This document shows positions 27,902 to 39,468 of a stretch of DNA of 64,000 bases, piece after piece. The notes beneath the pieces are model-generated. The model did not search any database. It saw only the letters and a program-made list of their open reading frames with translations, and was not told where the DNA came from. Source of the stretch: Oceanispirochaeta sp. (GTDB lineage Bacteria; Spirochaetota; Spirochaetia; DSM-2461); contig CAXXOA010000001.1 of NCBI GenBank assembly GCA_963666275.2, positions 1,472,001 through 1,536,000 on the forward strand, read 5' to 3'. How positions within the stretch are numbered: position 1 is the first letter of the stretch; each line of letters begins with the position of its first letter. The position numbers and the translations under genes are program-made.

Positions 27902-29849
27902 AATACTGACACTGCTTCTAATCTGTCTGCTGGTACCTCTGGCAGCACAGTCTCCAATTGATTTCTACAATACCGGTTACAGATCCATGGCTTCAGGCGA
28001 CTACTTCACCGCTCTGGATAATTATAAAAAAGCCCTGGAAATTAATCCTTCCTATACGGATGCTCTACTTGGAATCTCCCGGACCTACTTTCTGCTTCAG
28101 GAGTATGAAGAGGCCCTGGATTATTCCCGTCTGGCTCTCAAAGGCTCTGAAAGGCGCATCGATGCCATAAACCTGCAGGGACGGATCTATCTGGGGCTAT
28201 CGGATCTGGAGAAAGCTTCTGAAATGTTCAATCTGGTCCAGTCTATTGAACCCAATAATATGACTGCCGCCTACGGACTGGCGGAAATCGCTGTTTTCCG
28301 GGGCAATTACAAGGAAGGGTCCAGTCTTTTTGAAAAAAGCCTGGCCGTAAATCCCGACAGCCGGCGGGCTCTTTTGTCTCTTGTGGTCCTGGCGGATAAA
28401 ATGGGTGATGCCGGCAAAGCGGAACAGTATCTGGAATCAGCTCTTGCCTATTATCCCCAGGACCGTGTGGTTCTGAATGAAGCCATTCGTCACTATGTGG
28501 ACGGCCGTCGCTGGGACCAGGCGGAAGCACTGGCCAGACAGCTGGTTGCATTGGAACCGGAGAACAGGGATACGAACCTGACTCTGGGGCATATCTATAC
28601 CAATACAGGCGATTTTGATCAGGCAGTGCATTACTTTCAGGAAAGTATAAAAAACGAGCAGGAAAATCCCATGCTCTGGTTCTACCTGGGAAGGGCTTTT
28701 CTGGGACTGGGCAGACATGAGGAAGCTCTCCTCTGTTTCCAGACCGTGAATCTCCTCAATCCTCAGGATGAAGTGGCAAGGCTGACAGCCGAAAACCTTC
28801 TGATGTCCTACTATCCTCTGAATCATGATCAGAGAGTTGCCGCGGCAGCATGGCACTTTGAAAAAGGCCGCTCCTATAAGGCCTCCTTCCAGTACGATAA
28901 AGCCTTCGATGAATACCGGCGGGGGCGTTTGCTGGCGCCTCTGGATCTGGACGGCTGGTGGCAGTATGCGGGGATCCTGAATGCTATGGGGCAGGGGAAC
29001 AGGTACCGGGAGGAACTGGAAGCTCTTCATCGGGAAGAGTATGCCAATCTGGAGTTTAACAGGCTCTACGAACTTGTCATGAGTTCCGAGGACCTCTCTT
29101 TTCCCAGAGTCTGGGAAACTCCGGTGATTCAGAGAAACAGCAATATCAATCTGGCTCTGTTTATTGATAAATCCGCCAGTGATCTCTATCACACAGGCAG
29201 CGAAATGGATTTTATCCGTTACCTGGGAGATACGCTTATGCGTAATTCCGGTCTTTCTATCGATGAGCAGAAGGTTCTGGAATCTTCTTCGGATGCTTTC
29301 AGTGCCGGACGGAACGGGAACTCGGATTTTTATGCCCTTCTGTCTGTTTCAGAAAAAGAGCGATCCATCCGTATCAACTGCCGTCTGTTCCTGTCCAGAA
29401 CGGGAAATGAGATAACCTCTTTCGATCTGCTTCGTTCGGGAAATATGAGGGTCAGTGAGATCATCAGGAAGGCCGCCGAGGAGCTGGAGCAGAGGCTTCC
29501 CGTCAAAGGCTATCTGGCCGGTATAGACGGAGACAGGGTTCTTGTCAATCTTGGTACCATGAACAATGTGGAAGCCGAAATGTCTTTTGTCCTGCTCAGG
29601 CAGGGAACAGGCCGCTGGCTGGACAGGGAACCCTACCGGGACTATCAGCCCGAGGATGTTCTGGGAACAGTCACCATTGAAGAAACCCAGGAAAAATATT
29701 CCATTGGCATACTCCAGAGGAATTCCCCTTTTGATCTTGTCAATGCAGGGGATGAGATTTATAGACTGCCGGAAGACATGGAAGAACTGGTTCTGCCCGA
29801 GGATACCATGAATAATGAATTGAAAAACCAGCTGCTCAGGCTCTATTAG
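27876..29849 (+). CDS. Exported TPR-repeat protein
   Basis: Signal peptide ending PLAA; multiple TPR repeats (ALEINP, SLAVNP). Confidence 0.85.
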   Translation: MMKRLLKTEILTLLLICLLVPLAAQSPIDFYNTGYRSMASGDYFTALDNYKKALEINPSYTDALLGISRTYFLLQEYEEALDYSRLALKGSERRIDAINLQGRIYLGLSDLEKASEMFNLVQSIEPNNMTAAYGLAEIAVFRGNYKEGSSLFEKSLAVNPDSRRALLSLVVLADKMGDAGKAEQYLESALAYYPQDRVVLNEAIRHYVDGRRWDQAEALARQLVALEPENRDTNLTLGHIYTNTGDFDQAVHYFQESIKNEQENPMLWFYLGRAFLGLGRHEEALLCFQTVNLLNPQDEVARLTAENLLMSYYPLNHDQRVAAAAWHFEKGRSYKASFQYDKAFDEYRRGRLLAPLDLDGWWQYAGILNAMGQGNRYREELEALHREEYANLEFNRLYELVMSSEDLSFPRVWETPVIQRNSNINLALFIDKSASDLYHTGSEMDFIRYLGDTLMRNSGLSIDEQKVLESSSDAFSAGRNGNSDFYALLSVSEKERSIRINCRLFLSRTGNEITSFDLLRSGNMRVSEIIRKAAEELEQRLPVKGYLAGIDGDRVLVNLGTMNNVEAEMSFVLLRQGTGRWLDREPYRDYQPEDVLGTVTIEETQEKYSIGILQRNSPFDLVNAGDEIYRLPEDMEELVLPEDTMNNELKNQLLRLY

Positions 29850-29871
29850 TCTGCGTGTCTTCTCATGGATA

Positions 29872-29900
29872 TTGACCTCTACAAGCTATTCTAATATATT
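29872..29900 (+). promoter_or_regulatory. Sigma70-like promoter of gap-pgk-tpiA
   Basis: TTGACC-N17-TATATT. Confidence 0.6.
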
Positions 29901-29922
29901 AAATTAGATAAAATTCTAATGA

Positions 29923-30936
<1,014 letters not shown>

Positions 30937-30948
30937 GGAGCAACCAAA

Positions 30949-32130
30949 ATGGCTGTTGTTACAGTAAAAGACAAGGACCTGAAAAATAAACGCGTACTGG
31001 TCCGCGTGGATTTCAACGTTCCTCTCAAAGAAGGAAAAATTACTGACGATACAAGAATGCAGAGAGCTCTTCCAACTCTGAAATACATCCTTGAACAGGA
31101 AGGGGCTTCTCTGATTGTTATGAGCCACCTGGGACGACCCTCAGAAGAGAGAGAACCTCAGTTCAGTATGAAACAGCTGGAGGCGCATCTGGCGGAAATT
31201 GCAGGGGTTCCTGTAAAAACTGCTCCCGACTGTGTCGGGCCCGAGGTCGAGAAAATGGCTTCTGAACTCAAAGCGGGAGAGATCCTTCTCCTGGAGAATA
31301 CCCGGTATCATAACGCTGAAAAGAAGAATGATCCCGAATTCGCAGCTCAGATGGCCAGGCTGGCAGACGTGTATGTGAATGATGCCTTCGGAGCTGCACA
31401 CCGTGCTCACGCATCTACGGAAGGCATTACAAAATATCTTCCCTCCTGCGCCGGTTTTCTGATGGAAAAAGAGTGCCTGTTTTTTGACAAGGTCCTCGAA
31501 AATCCCGAAAAACCCTTTGTTGCCATTATCGGGGGAGCGAAAGTTTCCTCTAAAATTGCTGTTCTGGAATCTCTGATAGACAAATGCAATACCTTCGTGA
31601 TCGGTGGTGGAATGGCATACACTTTCCTAAAAGTTCAGGGGCATGCCATTGGTAATTCTCTTTTTGAAGAAGAGTTTATTGACACGGCAAAAACATTCCT
31701 TGAAAACGCTGAGAAAGCCGGCGTTGAAGTAATCCTTCCGATGGATCATGTCGTGGCCTCTACCTTCAGTGAAGATGCTGATGCCGTAGCTGTTGATTCT
31801 GTTGAAATTCCCGAAGGAAAGCTTGCCATGGATGTGGGACCCAAAACGGTTGCCGCTGTCAAAGAGAGAATCGCGGCTGCTAAAACCGTTGTATGGAACG
31901 GACCCATGGGTGTTTTTGAATTTGACAAGTTTGCCAAAGGAACACTGGAAGTTGCCAACTTTGTGGCAGATTGTAAAGGAACGACAGTTGTCGGCGGTGG
32001 AGATTCCGTTGCGGCTGTCAATAAATTCAACCTTGCCGATAAAATCGATCATGTTTCTACCGGCGGCGGCGCTTCTCTGGAATATCTGGAGGGAAAAGCG
32101 CTTCCCGGTGTTGTAGCCCTGAAAAAATAA
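30949..32130 (+). CDS. pgk: Phosphoglycerate kinase
   Basis: RVDFNVP, SHLGRP, DAFGAAHRAHAS, STGGGASLE. Confidence 0.99.
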   Translation: MAVVTVKDKDLKNKRVLVRVDFNVPLKEGKITDDTRMQRALPTLKYILEQEGASLIVMSHLGRPSEEREPQFSMKQLEAHLAEIAGVPVKTAPDCVGPEVEKMASELKAGEILLLENTRYHNAEKKNDPEFAAQMARLADVYVNDAFGAAHRAHASTEGITKYLPSCAGFLMEKECLFFDKVLENPEKPFVAIIGGAKVSSKIAVLESLIDKCNTFVIGGGMAYTFLKVQGHAIGNSLFEEEFIDTAKTFLENAEKAGVEVILPMDHVVASTFSEDADAVAVDSVEIPEGKLAMDVGPKTVAAVKERIAAAKTVVWNGPMGVFEFDKFAKGTLEVANFVADCKGTTVVGGGDSVAAVNKFNLADKIDHVSTGGGASLEYLEGKALPGVVALKK

Positions 32131-32139
32131 TGTTCAATA

Positions 32140-32164
32140 AGCGGCGGAGCCTGGTTCCGCTGCT
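32140..32164 (+). other. Intergenic hairpin between pgk and tpiA
   Basis: AGCGGCGGAGC-ctg-GTTCCGCTGCT with a poor U tract; weak terminator or mRNA stabiliser. Confidence 0.45.
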
Positions 32165-32209
32165 ATTTATGAGAAACACAAGTACTATGAGAAATCAAGG
32201 AGAGTTATC

Positions 32210-32962
32210 ATGAGAAATTATCTCATTGCCGGAAACTGGAAAATGAACAAAACCCCTTCTGAAGCGGCACAGCTGGCGAAGGAAATTAAACCGCTTGTAA
32301 AAGACAGTGACTACAGAGTTATGGTTGCCCCCTCATTTGTATGCATCCCCGCAGTACTGAATGAGCTGAAAGGCAGCAATGTCCTGGTTGCTGCACAGAA
32401 TATGGCAAATGTGGAAGAGGGAGCCTTTACCGGTGAAACTTCCGTACTGATGCTGAAAGATCTCGGTGTAGACGCTGTGATCCTGGGCCACTCTGAAAGA
32501 CGCCATATTTATGGAGAAACCAACGAGCAGATCAACGAAAAAGTAAAACTTGCTCTTCAGCATAACCTGATGCCTGTTCTCTGTATCGGTGAACTTCTTG
32601 AAGAAAGAGAAGCCGGAAAAGCGGAAGCTGTCTGTTTCGAGCAGCTTGAAAAAGGTCTTGCCGGAGTTTCTGAAAAAGAACTTGACAATGTTGTAATTGC
32701 ATACGAACCTGTATGGGCTATCGGAACAGGTAAAACGGCAACTCCCGATGATGCTGATGCCATTCACGCTGCCTGCAGAAAGAAAATTGCAGAGATGTAC
32801 TCTGCTGCTGCGGCTGAAAAGATTGTTATTCAGTACGGTGGTTCCATGAAACCTGATAATATCAAGGATTTAATGGCAATGGAAAATATCGATGGAGGTC
32901 TGATCGGTGGTGCTTCACTGAAAGCAGACTCTTTTGCTTCTCTTGCCAATTATAATAAGTAA
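32210..32962 (+). CDS. tpiA: Triosephosphate isomerase
   Basis: AGNWKM, GHSERR, AYEPVWAIGTG, GGASL. Confidence 0.99.
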   Translation: MRNYLIAGNWKMNKTPSEAAQLAKEIKPLVKDSDYRVMVAPSFVCIPAVLNELKGSNVLVAAQNMANVEEGAFTGETSVLMLKDLGVDAVILGHSERRHIYGETNEQINEKVKLALQHNLMPVLCIGELLEEREAGKAEAVCFEQLEKGLAGVSEKELDNVVIAYEPVWAIGTGKTATPDDADAIHAACRKKIAEMYSAAAAEKIVIQYGGSMKPDNIKDLMAMENIDGGLIGGASLKADSFASLANYNK

Positions 32963-33009
32963 TCAACTGAGATAAGGGGTTTTTCCCCTGTTTCTCTGGG
33001 AGTTTAGGA

Positions 33010-33372
33010 ATGGGAATTATAGGTTCTTTATTGATTATCCTGTTTGTGGCAGTCTGTGTACTGCTGATACTTTTTGTACTTCTGCAGGATGATCAGGGAG
33101 AGGGACTGGGAGGCCTTTTCGGCGGATCCAGCGGATCTCCTTTCGGAGGGGCGACAAATAAGGCTCTTGTCAGAATAACTACTGTTCTGGGCAGTCTCTT
33201 TATTGTTTGCTCTCTTCTTGTGGCTTTGGTCATTAAAAGCCCCAACAGCAGCGATGTTCTGAGTGAAGCCAGACAGATCAGTGCCGAGAATAACGGCGAT
33301 CAGGAATGGTGGAACGAAGATGTTGCCAGTGAAGGAGTCGAGGGCGAAACCCTTGAGATTCCTGAGAATTAA
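33010..33372 (+). CDS. secG: Preprotein translocase subunit SecG
   Basis: Two TM helices around VLLQ...GLGGLFGG; follows tpiA. Confidence 0.93.
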   Translation: MGIIGSLLIILFVAVCVLLILFVLLQDDQGEGLGGLFGGSSGSPFGGATNKALVRITTVLGSLFIVCSLLVALVIKSPNSSDVLSEARQISAENNGDQEWWNEDVASEGVEGETLEIPEN

Positions 33373-33379
33373 AAGACCG

Positions 33380-33403
33380 AATGGGAGCCTTCGCTCCCAT
33401 TTT
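33380..33403 (+). terminator. Intrinsic terminator after secG
   Basis: AATGGGAGC-cttc-GCTCCCATT-TT. Confidence 0.75.
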
Positions 33404-33455
33404 GTCTTATTTATGTTATTGTATTCAGATTGAAGCCGTCATCAGGAGCTGAATA

Positions 33456-33866
33456 ATGCGTGTAGCTGTCGTCTATTATAAAAACGGCTGTGATAAAGTA
33501 AAAAAAATTGCTGAACACCTGGCACAGGGTGTGGAATCTCAGGGGCATCAGGTTTCTCTGTTCAATATGGAGACTGATTCGGATGCCAGACTCACGATAT
33601 ATGAATATCTTATAATCGGTACTGCTCCCAATTCTCATTTCAGTAGTAAAATAAGCAGCAGAATTACCGAATTTCTTAAAAACTGCGGTAAAATCTCAGG
33701 TATAAAAAGCTATGCTTTTGTTGCCAGGAAAGGTTTTTTTGTAAATAAAGCCTTGCAGAAATTAATGAAATCCATGGAAAAAGAAGGTATGTTTCTGAAA
33801 ATTTCCGATGTAATCAGCTCTGCAGAAGAAGCTGGTGCCATTGGAAAGAAACTTCATATAAAATAG
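33456..33866 (+). CDS. Flavodoxin-like fold protein
   Basis: VAVVYY...KIAEHLAQGV, YEYLIIGT pattern; lacks a canonical SxxGNT loop. Confidence 0.65.
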   Translation: MRVAVVYYKNGCDKVKKIAEHLAQGVESQGHQVSLFNMETDSDARLTIYEYLIIGTAPNSHFSSKISSRITEFLKNCGKISGIKSYAFVARKGFFVNKALQKLMKSMEKEGMFLKISDVISSAEEAGAIGKKLHIK

Positions 33867-33905
33867 ATTGTTTATAATATAAACAACAGTCTCTAAGGAA
33901 ATACT

Positions 33906-34949
33906 ATGTTTAAAAGAATCATTCTGTTTACAGTTCTTGCTCTCCTCACCATAGATCTGACCGCTCAGACTCAGATCGATAAGCCGGTGGCTATTGTAAA
34001 ACTGACTCGGACAGATGTCATTTCAAAAAAGAAACTGGATTACAATGTTTCTCTTTATGAAAATCAGACAGGCCGGGAACTGGGACTTCAGGAAAAAGAG
34101 CAGGTTCTGGAAACTCTGATAAATCAGATGCTTGTTTTTCAGGCAGCCGAAAGAGATAATGTCACTGTCAGCGATGAGCAGGTCCTTCAGGTCGGTATGA
34201 ATCAGCTTATGCAGCAGATTGGCCGGCAGGTAACGGAAAGCCAGTATAAGCAGATCATCAAAGATCAGACCGGAATGGATTACGAAATATACAAGGAAGA
34301 AATCAGAAAACAGCTGATCCTTGAAAAATATGTAACCGAAAAAAAAAGGGATTTCATAATGAGAACCTCAACTCCCTCGGCGGATGAAATCCAGCTGTTT
34401 TATCAGCAGAACGAAGCAAAATTTCTGAATCCGGAGATGGTGAGGATCAGCCATATCTTTTTTGCAACAAAAGGGCTCGATTCGACCCAGAAAGGGGAAA
34501 AGAGAGCTCAGGCCCAGCAGGTTCTGCAGCAGTTAAACAGTGGTTCCTCCAGTTTTTCCCAGTTGGTCAGAGAGTATTCGGAAGATAAGAATTCCATAGT
34601 CCGTGACGGAGATCTCGGCAGTTTTATGGACAGGGGAGAACAGAATATAGCTGTTTTCGGCAAAGATTTCATAAACGCGATTTTTGATATGACCATAGGG
34701 AATGAAATTAAACTCCTTGAGTCATCCCAGGGCTATCATATTGTAAAAGTCACCCAGCACAGAGATAAAAGATTCCTCGAGCTGGATGATCCTGTCAGTC
34801 CTGTTCAGACTCAGACTGTCCGGGAATACATAAGAAATTTTCTGGGAATGCAGAAGCAGCAGCAGGCTTTTCAGATCGCCGCCAAAGACGTGGTTGACGC
34901 TCTTATAGAGGAAGCTGATATTCAGCGTTTTCCTGATAATATTGAATAA
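33906..34949 (+). CDS. Parvulin-type peptidyl-prolyl isomerase (SurA/PrsA-like)
   Basis: Signal peptide, SurA-N-like region, ISHIF, YSED, GDLG, GYHIVKV. Confidence 0.9.
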   Translation: MFKRIILFTVLALLTIDLTAQTQIDKPVAIVKLTRTDVISKKKLDYNVSLYENQTGRELGLQEKEQVLETLINQMLVFQAAERDNVTVSDEQVLQVGMNQLMQQIGRQVTESQYKQIIKDQTGMDYEIYKEEIRKQLILEKYVTEKKRDFIMRTSTPSADEIQLFYQQNEAKFLNPEMVRISHIFFATKGLDSTQKGEKRAQAQQVLQQLNSGSSSFSQLVREYSEDKNSIVRDGDLGSFMDRGEQNIAVFGKDFINAIFDMTIGNEIKLLESSQGYHIVKVTQHRDKRFLELDDPVSPVQTQTVREYIRNFLGMQKQQQAFQIAAKDVVDALIEEADIQRFPDNIE

Positions 34950-34952
34950 ATA

Positions 34953-35372
34953 ATGAAAAATCTTGGAAATAGAAGAAAGGCCCGAATACTGGCTTTTCAG
35001 GGCTTATACAGCTGGGACATCAACAGAGAAGGGGAAAAGGATCTTCTTACCTTTTCATGGGCAAAAGAGGAAGTTCCGGAAGAAATAAAGATTTTCGCGT
35101 CTCTGGTTATCAGAGGGACAATTGAAAATCTCGAAGAAATTGATGATCGCATCAGAAACAGTCTGAAAAAATGGGATTTCAACAGGCTTGAAAAAGTTAA
35201 TCTTGCCATTTTGAGAATCAGTACCTATGCTTTGATGTATCAGAAAGACATTCCTCATGGTGTTACCATTGATGAGGCCGTTGAAATAACTAAAGAGTTT
35301 GGAACCAGTGATTCCTTCCGTTTCGTAAACGGGGTCCTGGATAATATCAGCAGCATTTTAAAGAAACAGTAG
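34953..35372 (+). CDS. nusB: Transcription antitermination factor NusB
   Basis: RRKARILAFQGLY, AILRI, IDEAVEITKEF, FVNGVLD. Confidence 0.97.
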   Translation: MKNLGNRRKARILAFQGLYSWDINREGEKDLLTFSWAKEEVPEEIKIFASLVIRGTIENLEEIDDRIRNSLKKWDFNRLEKVNLAILRISTYALMYQKDIPHGVTIDEAVEITKEFGTSDSFRFVNGVLDNISSILKKQ

Positions 35373-35379
35373 GGGACCA

Positions 35380-37032
35380 GTGAAGAAGGATATCGGAAAA
35401 ATCAGACAGTTGATCGTACTGGCGCTGGTTCTTTTCATGATAGCCAGTATTCTGGGTATCTTCATCCTTTTTCAGCCGGATGATGACCGGTTTCAGTATT
35501 ATATTCATGCGGCGGATGTCTCTCTGGAAAGCAGATCCTATCGGGACATTCCGGATCTGCTGTTACGAGCTTCCCGCTATGCAGATACAAGAGAACAGTG
35601 GTACAGCCTTTTTAAAAGGTCCTATCTGGCTGCCATGGAAACCGGTGATTACCTCTCTTTTCATGAACTGATAAACCGTTCACGCAAGTTTCTCAAAGCT
35701 GGAATTGAACATGATGCTCTCTACACGGCCAGTTTGCTCTGGACAGATCAGTATGAAAAGGCTTCCGCCAGTCTCTATGCGATCAACAGGCCGGGCTATG
35801 AGACGCTGACGGCAGAGACTCTCCTGTCTTTTGAGGTATTCAGAAACTACGATATCGGCGATACAGATCCCATTTCCTATATCAAAGAAAAGATTTCCTA
35901 TCAGGAGGATCCCGATTTCTTTCAGATTATTGGGGAGCTGTCGGATAATGAAATCCTTCTCTACAATGCGGTTGTTCTTTATATGGAGGCCGGAGAGACA
36001 GAAAAGGCCGCTGCTATTCTGGATACCCTCTCCACGAACAGGATCCCTCCCTACAGTCTGGGCATCGTCTATTACGATCTGGCCCGGTATCAGAAGGCCC
36101 TGGACAATTATCTGGCACAGGATGTGGTAGATCAGATTAAGGAAAACCAGCGCTACTCCCTGAAGGAGCAGATCGGAGATCTCTATTTTCTTCTGCACAA
36201 TAAAAAAGAAGCTCTCCTTGCCTATGAGGATGCTCTGGGAAGGCATGAATCGGGCAGCTGGAAGCTTTATAGAAATATCAGCCGGCTCTATTTCAGTGAT
36301 GGATACAGCAGGAGAGCAAAACTGCTCCTTGAAAAGGGGCTGACAATTTTTCCCGATCAGATAGAACTGCTTTCTGACTATGTCAGCTATTTTGCCGATG
36401 ACTACAGTCTGATCGTTGAAAAAAAGCTGAACGATTATATAAACCGCTTTCCCGGGGATATGCAGGCAAAGCTCCTTAAAATACGATACTTCCCGGATCC
36501 TCTGAATCCAACACAGTATCAGGCCAGACTCTGGGAGTATTTCAATGAATCGGAAAACAATGAAAAAGTGACAAGATTCCTTCTCTGGTATCTGGCGGGG
36601 CTGAAAGATGCGGACAGCATAGAAATTGTACTGAAACGGTACAATTACGGTGACGAGAAACCTCATTGGTACTATTTCTATGAAGGGATTCTCGCCAGTC
36701 TGAGAAAGGATCCGGCAGGAGCTCTGAAAAAAATGGAGGAAGCCTCGGCTCTCTATCCTTCATGGATTTATGAGAGCAATAAATCAGCCCTGAATCTTAT
36801 ACTTGAAAACAGGGATGCCTCACTGATCCAGATAAACAGAGCGATCTCCCTGCTGGAAGAGGAAAACAATCTCGAAAACAGTGGCTTGCTGCTTTCTGAG
36901 CTCTATGTCAGACTGGGAGATATGTACCTTGATATGCAGGATTTTCAGAAGGCTGTAGAATCCTATACCCGGGCAGTCTCACTGGATCCCGAGAATTTCA
37001 AGGCCGAGACAAAACTCAACCGAATACAATAG
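35380..37032 (+). CDS. Membrane-anchored TPR protein
   Basis: N-terminal TM helix; C-terminal TPR (YVRLGDMY...AVSLDPEN). Confidence 0.78.
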   Translation: MKKDIGKIRQLIVLALVLFMIASILGIFILFQPDDDRFQYYIHAADVSLESRSYRDIPDLLLRASRYADTREQWYSLFKRSYLAAMETGDYLSFHELINRSRKFLKAGIEHDALYTASLLWTDQYEKASASLYAINRPGYETLTAETLLSFEVFRNYDIGDTDPISYIKEKISYQEDPDFFQIIGELSDNEILLYNAVVLYMEAGETEKAAAILDTLSTNRIPPYSLGIVYYDLARYQKALDNYLAQDVVDQIKENQRYSLKEQIGDLYFLLHNKKEALLAYEDALGRHESGSWKLYRNISRLYFSDGYSRRAKLLLEKGLTIFPDQIELLSDYVSYFADDYSLIVEKKLNDYINRFPGDMQAKLLKIRYFPDPLNPTQYQARLWEYFNESENNEKVTRFLLWYLAGLKDADSIEIVLKRYNYGDEKPHWYYFYEGILASLRKDPAGALKKMEEASALYPSWIYESNKSALNLILENRDASLIQINRAISLLEEENNLENSGLLLSELYVRLGDMYLDMQDFQKAVESYTRAVSLDPENFKAETKLNRIQ

Positions 37033-37046
37033 TTGAAAGGACAAGT

Positions 37047-37799
37047 ATGATTACTTTAAAGAATCCAATACAGATAGAAGGTATTCGTACCTCATGCAAA
37101 CTCCTGGCGGAGTTATTTTTGCGTATAGATGAAATTATCACCCCGGGTATTTCCACCTGGGATGTAGACCGTTTTGCCGCGGAGTTTATCAAAAAGAACG
37201 GCGGCAGAGCTGCTTTCCTGGGTTATGCAGGATTTCCCGGCTCCATCTGCGCTTCGGTGAATGATACGGTTATTCACGGTATTCCGAGCAAAAAAGAGAT
37301 TTTATCCGATGGGGACATATTCGGATGTGATATAGGGATTGAACTCAATGGTTTCTATAGCGACAGGGCCTATACCTACAAGGTCGGATCAGTCTCGGAA
37401 GAGGCCTCCCTATTATTGAAACGCACTGAAGAGAGTCTCTACAGGGCGATTGAAGCCGCCCGAGCCGGTGGAAGGATCAAGGATATAGGAAAAGCCGTAA
37501 CAGAGTACCTGAAGCCCTACGGTTATGGCATTGTTCACTCATTCTGCGGTCATGGTGTCGGTCTGGATGTGCATGAGGATCCGCAGATACCCAACAATTA
37601 TCCTTCCAGGGGCATGAATTTCCGCCTCAAGCAGGGGATGGTTCTGGCTATAGAGCCGATGATCAATCTGGGAACTGCAGAGGTGGAAGTGCTGGATGAT
37701 GACTGGACTGTGAAAACAGAGGATAACAGCCTCTCCGCACACTTTGAGCACACCATAGCTCTGACAGAGAAGGGGACGGAAATCCTAACCTCTCTCTGA
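37047..37799 (+). CDS. map: Type I methionine aminopeptidase
   Basis: SVNDTVIHGIP, GHGVG, AIEPMIN, SAHFEHT. Confidence 0.97.
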   Translation: MITLKNPIQIEGIRTSCKLLAELFLRIDEIITPGISTWDVDRFAAEFIKKNGGRAAFLGYAGFPGSICASVNDTVIHGIPSKKEILSDGDIFGCDIGIELNGFYSDRAYTYKVGSVSEEASLLLKRTEESLYRAIEAARAGGRIKDIGKAVTEYLKPYGYGIVHSFCGHGVGLDVHEDPQIPNNYPSRGMNFRLKQGMVLAIEPMINLGTAEVEVLDDDWTVKTEDNSLSAHFEHTIALTEKGTEILTSL

Positions 37800-37868
37800 T
37801 TTGGTTGTAACAAAACAATTTTGAACTGGTTTCTTTGTTGAACACTTTATATAGGAGTAATTTCAGAT

Positions 37869-39362
37869 ATGAGCGATACCGGAAAAAATCATATAAGAAT
37901 ATTAATAACAGCATTCATAGGGACTGTCGCAGGATTTGCTCTCAGTCTATTCCTTTATACCTATCTTCCCAATCTGAAACCGGCTCAGCAGGTACAGGCA
38001 GCACCGAATGCCTCTGAGCTCCAGACCATGGAGAATTTTCAGAATTCTTTCAGAAAGGTCTCCGCCGAATCTCTCCCCTGGGTGGTTGAGATCGATACCG
38101 TACAGGTAACGACCAGGCAGAGTCTTCCCGGAAACGGTACTCCCTGGGAGTTTTTCTTCGGGAATCCCCAGGAAGATGATCAGGAGGAGCCGGATACGCA
38201 GGAGTATCGGAGCTCCAGTCTGGGATCCGGATTTATTGTGGAAAAGAAGAAAGATTCCTACTATGTGGTGACCAATAACCATGTTGTGGGAGGAGCACAG
38301 GAAATCCTTGTAAAGCTGGATCAGGGCGAAGAGTATGAAGCCGAACTGATCGGAACAGATGAAAGGAAAGACTTTGCCATACTGAGGATAGAAAGTCCTG
38401 ACAAGGAACTTCCCGTGGCAACTCTGGGTGATTCGGATTCTCTGTATGTGGGAGACTGGGTTCTGGCTATCGGAAGTCCCTTCGGGTACAAATCTTCCGT
38501 TACAGCCGGTATTGTCAGTGCCCTGGGAAGACAGAACGGCCCTGACGGGAACATCAATGACTTTATCCAGACCGATGCCTCTATCAATCAGGGAAACTCC
38601 GGGGGACCCCTTGTCAATATGACAGGACAGGTTGTCGGAATTAATACCTGGATTACAACCTCTACCGGCGGAAGTATAGGGCTGGGCTTCAGTATTCCCA
38701 TTAACAATGTCAAACGGACCATCCGGGATTTTATCGATAATGGAGAAGTCAAATACGGATGGCTGGGAGTCAGTATTGGTGATGTGCCTGAAATGATAGC
38801 CGAAGAGTTCGGCCTGAAGGGCCGGAAAGGAGCCTTTGTCTATCAGGTATTCACAAACTCTCCTGCCGATAAAGGAGAAATTCAGCCCGGTGATTTTATC
38901 CTCTCGGTCAACGGAATTGTGGCAACCGATAAAAATCATCTTACAAGGATGATCGGTGATATGAGACCCGGAGATGTGGCGGAGTTCGTTTTAATCCGGG
39001 ACGGCAGGCAGATGTCTCTCAAGGTAGACATTACCGAACGGGAAGCCGAAGAAGAGGTCCGGAAAATGAATAATCTGGCCTGGCCTGGGGTTTCCGCTTT
39101 CACAGTGGAGGAAGAACTTCTGGAAAGGCTGGAAATGGATAAAGATACCAAAGGTGTTTTCGTCGCCGATGTGTATCCTAAAACAGTCTTTCAGATTGCA
39201 GGTATCCAGACAGGAGATATCATCACCGGCGTCAACGGACAGAAGATAGAAAATCTTACAGATTTCTACAATCAGCTGGCTCAGGTGGGAGATGGCCGCT
39301 TCTATCTCAGTTTCCTGCGGGAAGGTATGGAGATGGAATCTCCCAAGATGAAGAAAAATTAA
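37869..39362 (+). CDS. htrA: Do/HtrA-family serine protease with two PDZ domains
   Basis: TNNHV, DFAIL, GNSGGPL catalytic triad; two PDZ segments. Confidence 0.96.
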   Translation: MSDTGKNHIRILITAFIGTVAGFALSLFLYTYLPNLKPAQQVQAAPNASELQTMENFQNSFRKVSAESLPWVVEIDTVQVTTRQSLPGNGTPWEFFFGNPQEDDQEEPDTQEYRSSSLGSGFIVEKKKDSYYVVTNNHVVGGAQEILVKLDQGEEYEAELIGTDERKDFAILRIESPDKELPVATLGDSDSLYVGDWVLAIGSPFGYKSSVTAGIVSALGRQNGPDGNINDFIQTDASINQGNSGGPLVNMTGQVVGINTWITTSTGGSIGLGFSIPINNVKRTIRDFIDNGEVKYGWLGVSIGDVPEMIAEEFGLKGRKGAFVYQVFTNSPADKGEIQPGDFILSVNGIVATDKNHLTRMIGDMRPGDVAEFVLIRDGRQMSLKVDITEREAEEEVRKMNNLAWPGVSAFTVEEELLERLEMDKDTKGVFVADVYPKTVFQIAGIQTGDIITGVNGQKIENLTDFYNQLAQVGDGRFYLSFLREGMEMESPKMKKN

Positions 39363-39379
39363 ACAGTCAGTCTAGAGGG

Positions 39380-39408
39380 AAGGCTCCTCCATTGGAGGAG
39401 CTTTTTTT
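39380..39408 (+). terminator. Intrinsic terminator after htrA
   Basis: GCTCCTCC-att-GGAGGAGC followed by T7. Confidence 0.88.
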
Positions 39409-39468
39409 ATGGGAAAATCCCTGTGTATCATTTATACTGAAGCAATAGTATTTAAAAAGGAGCTGATA

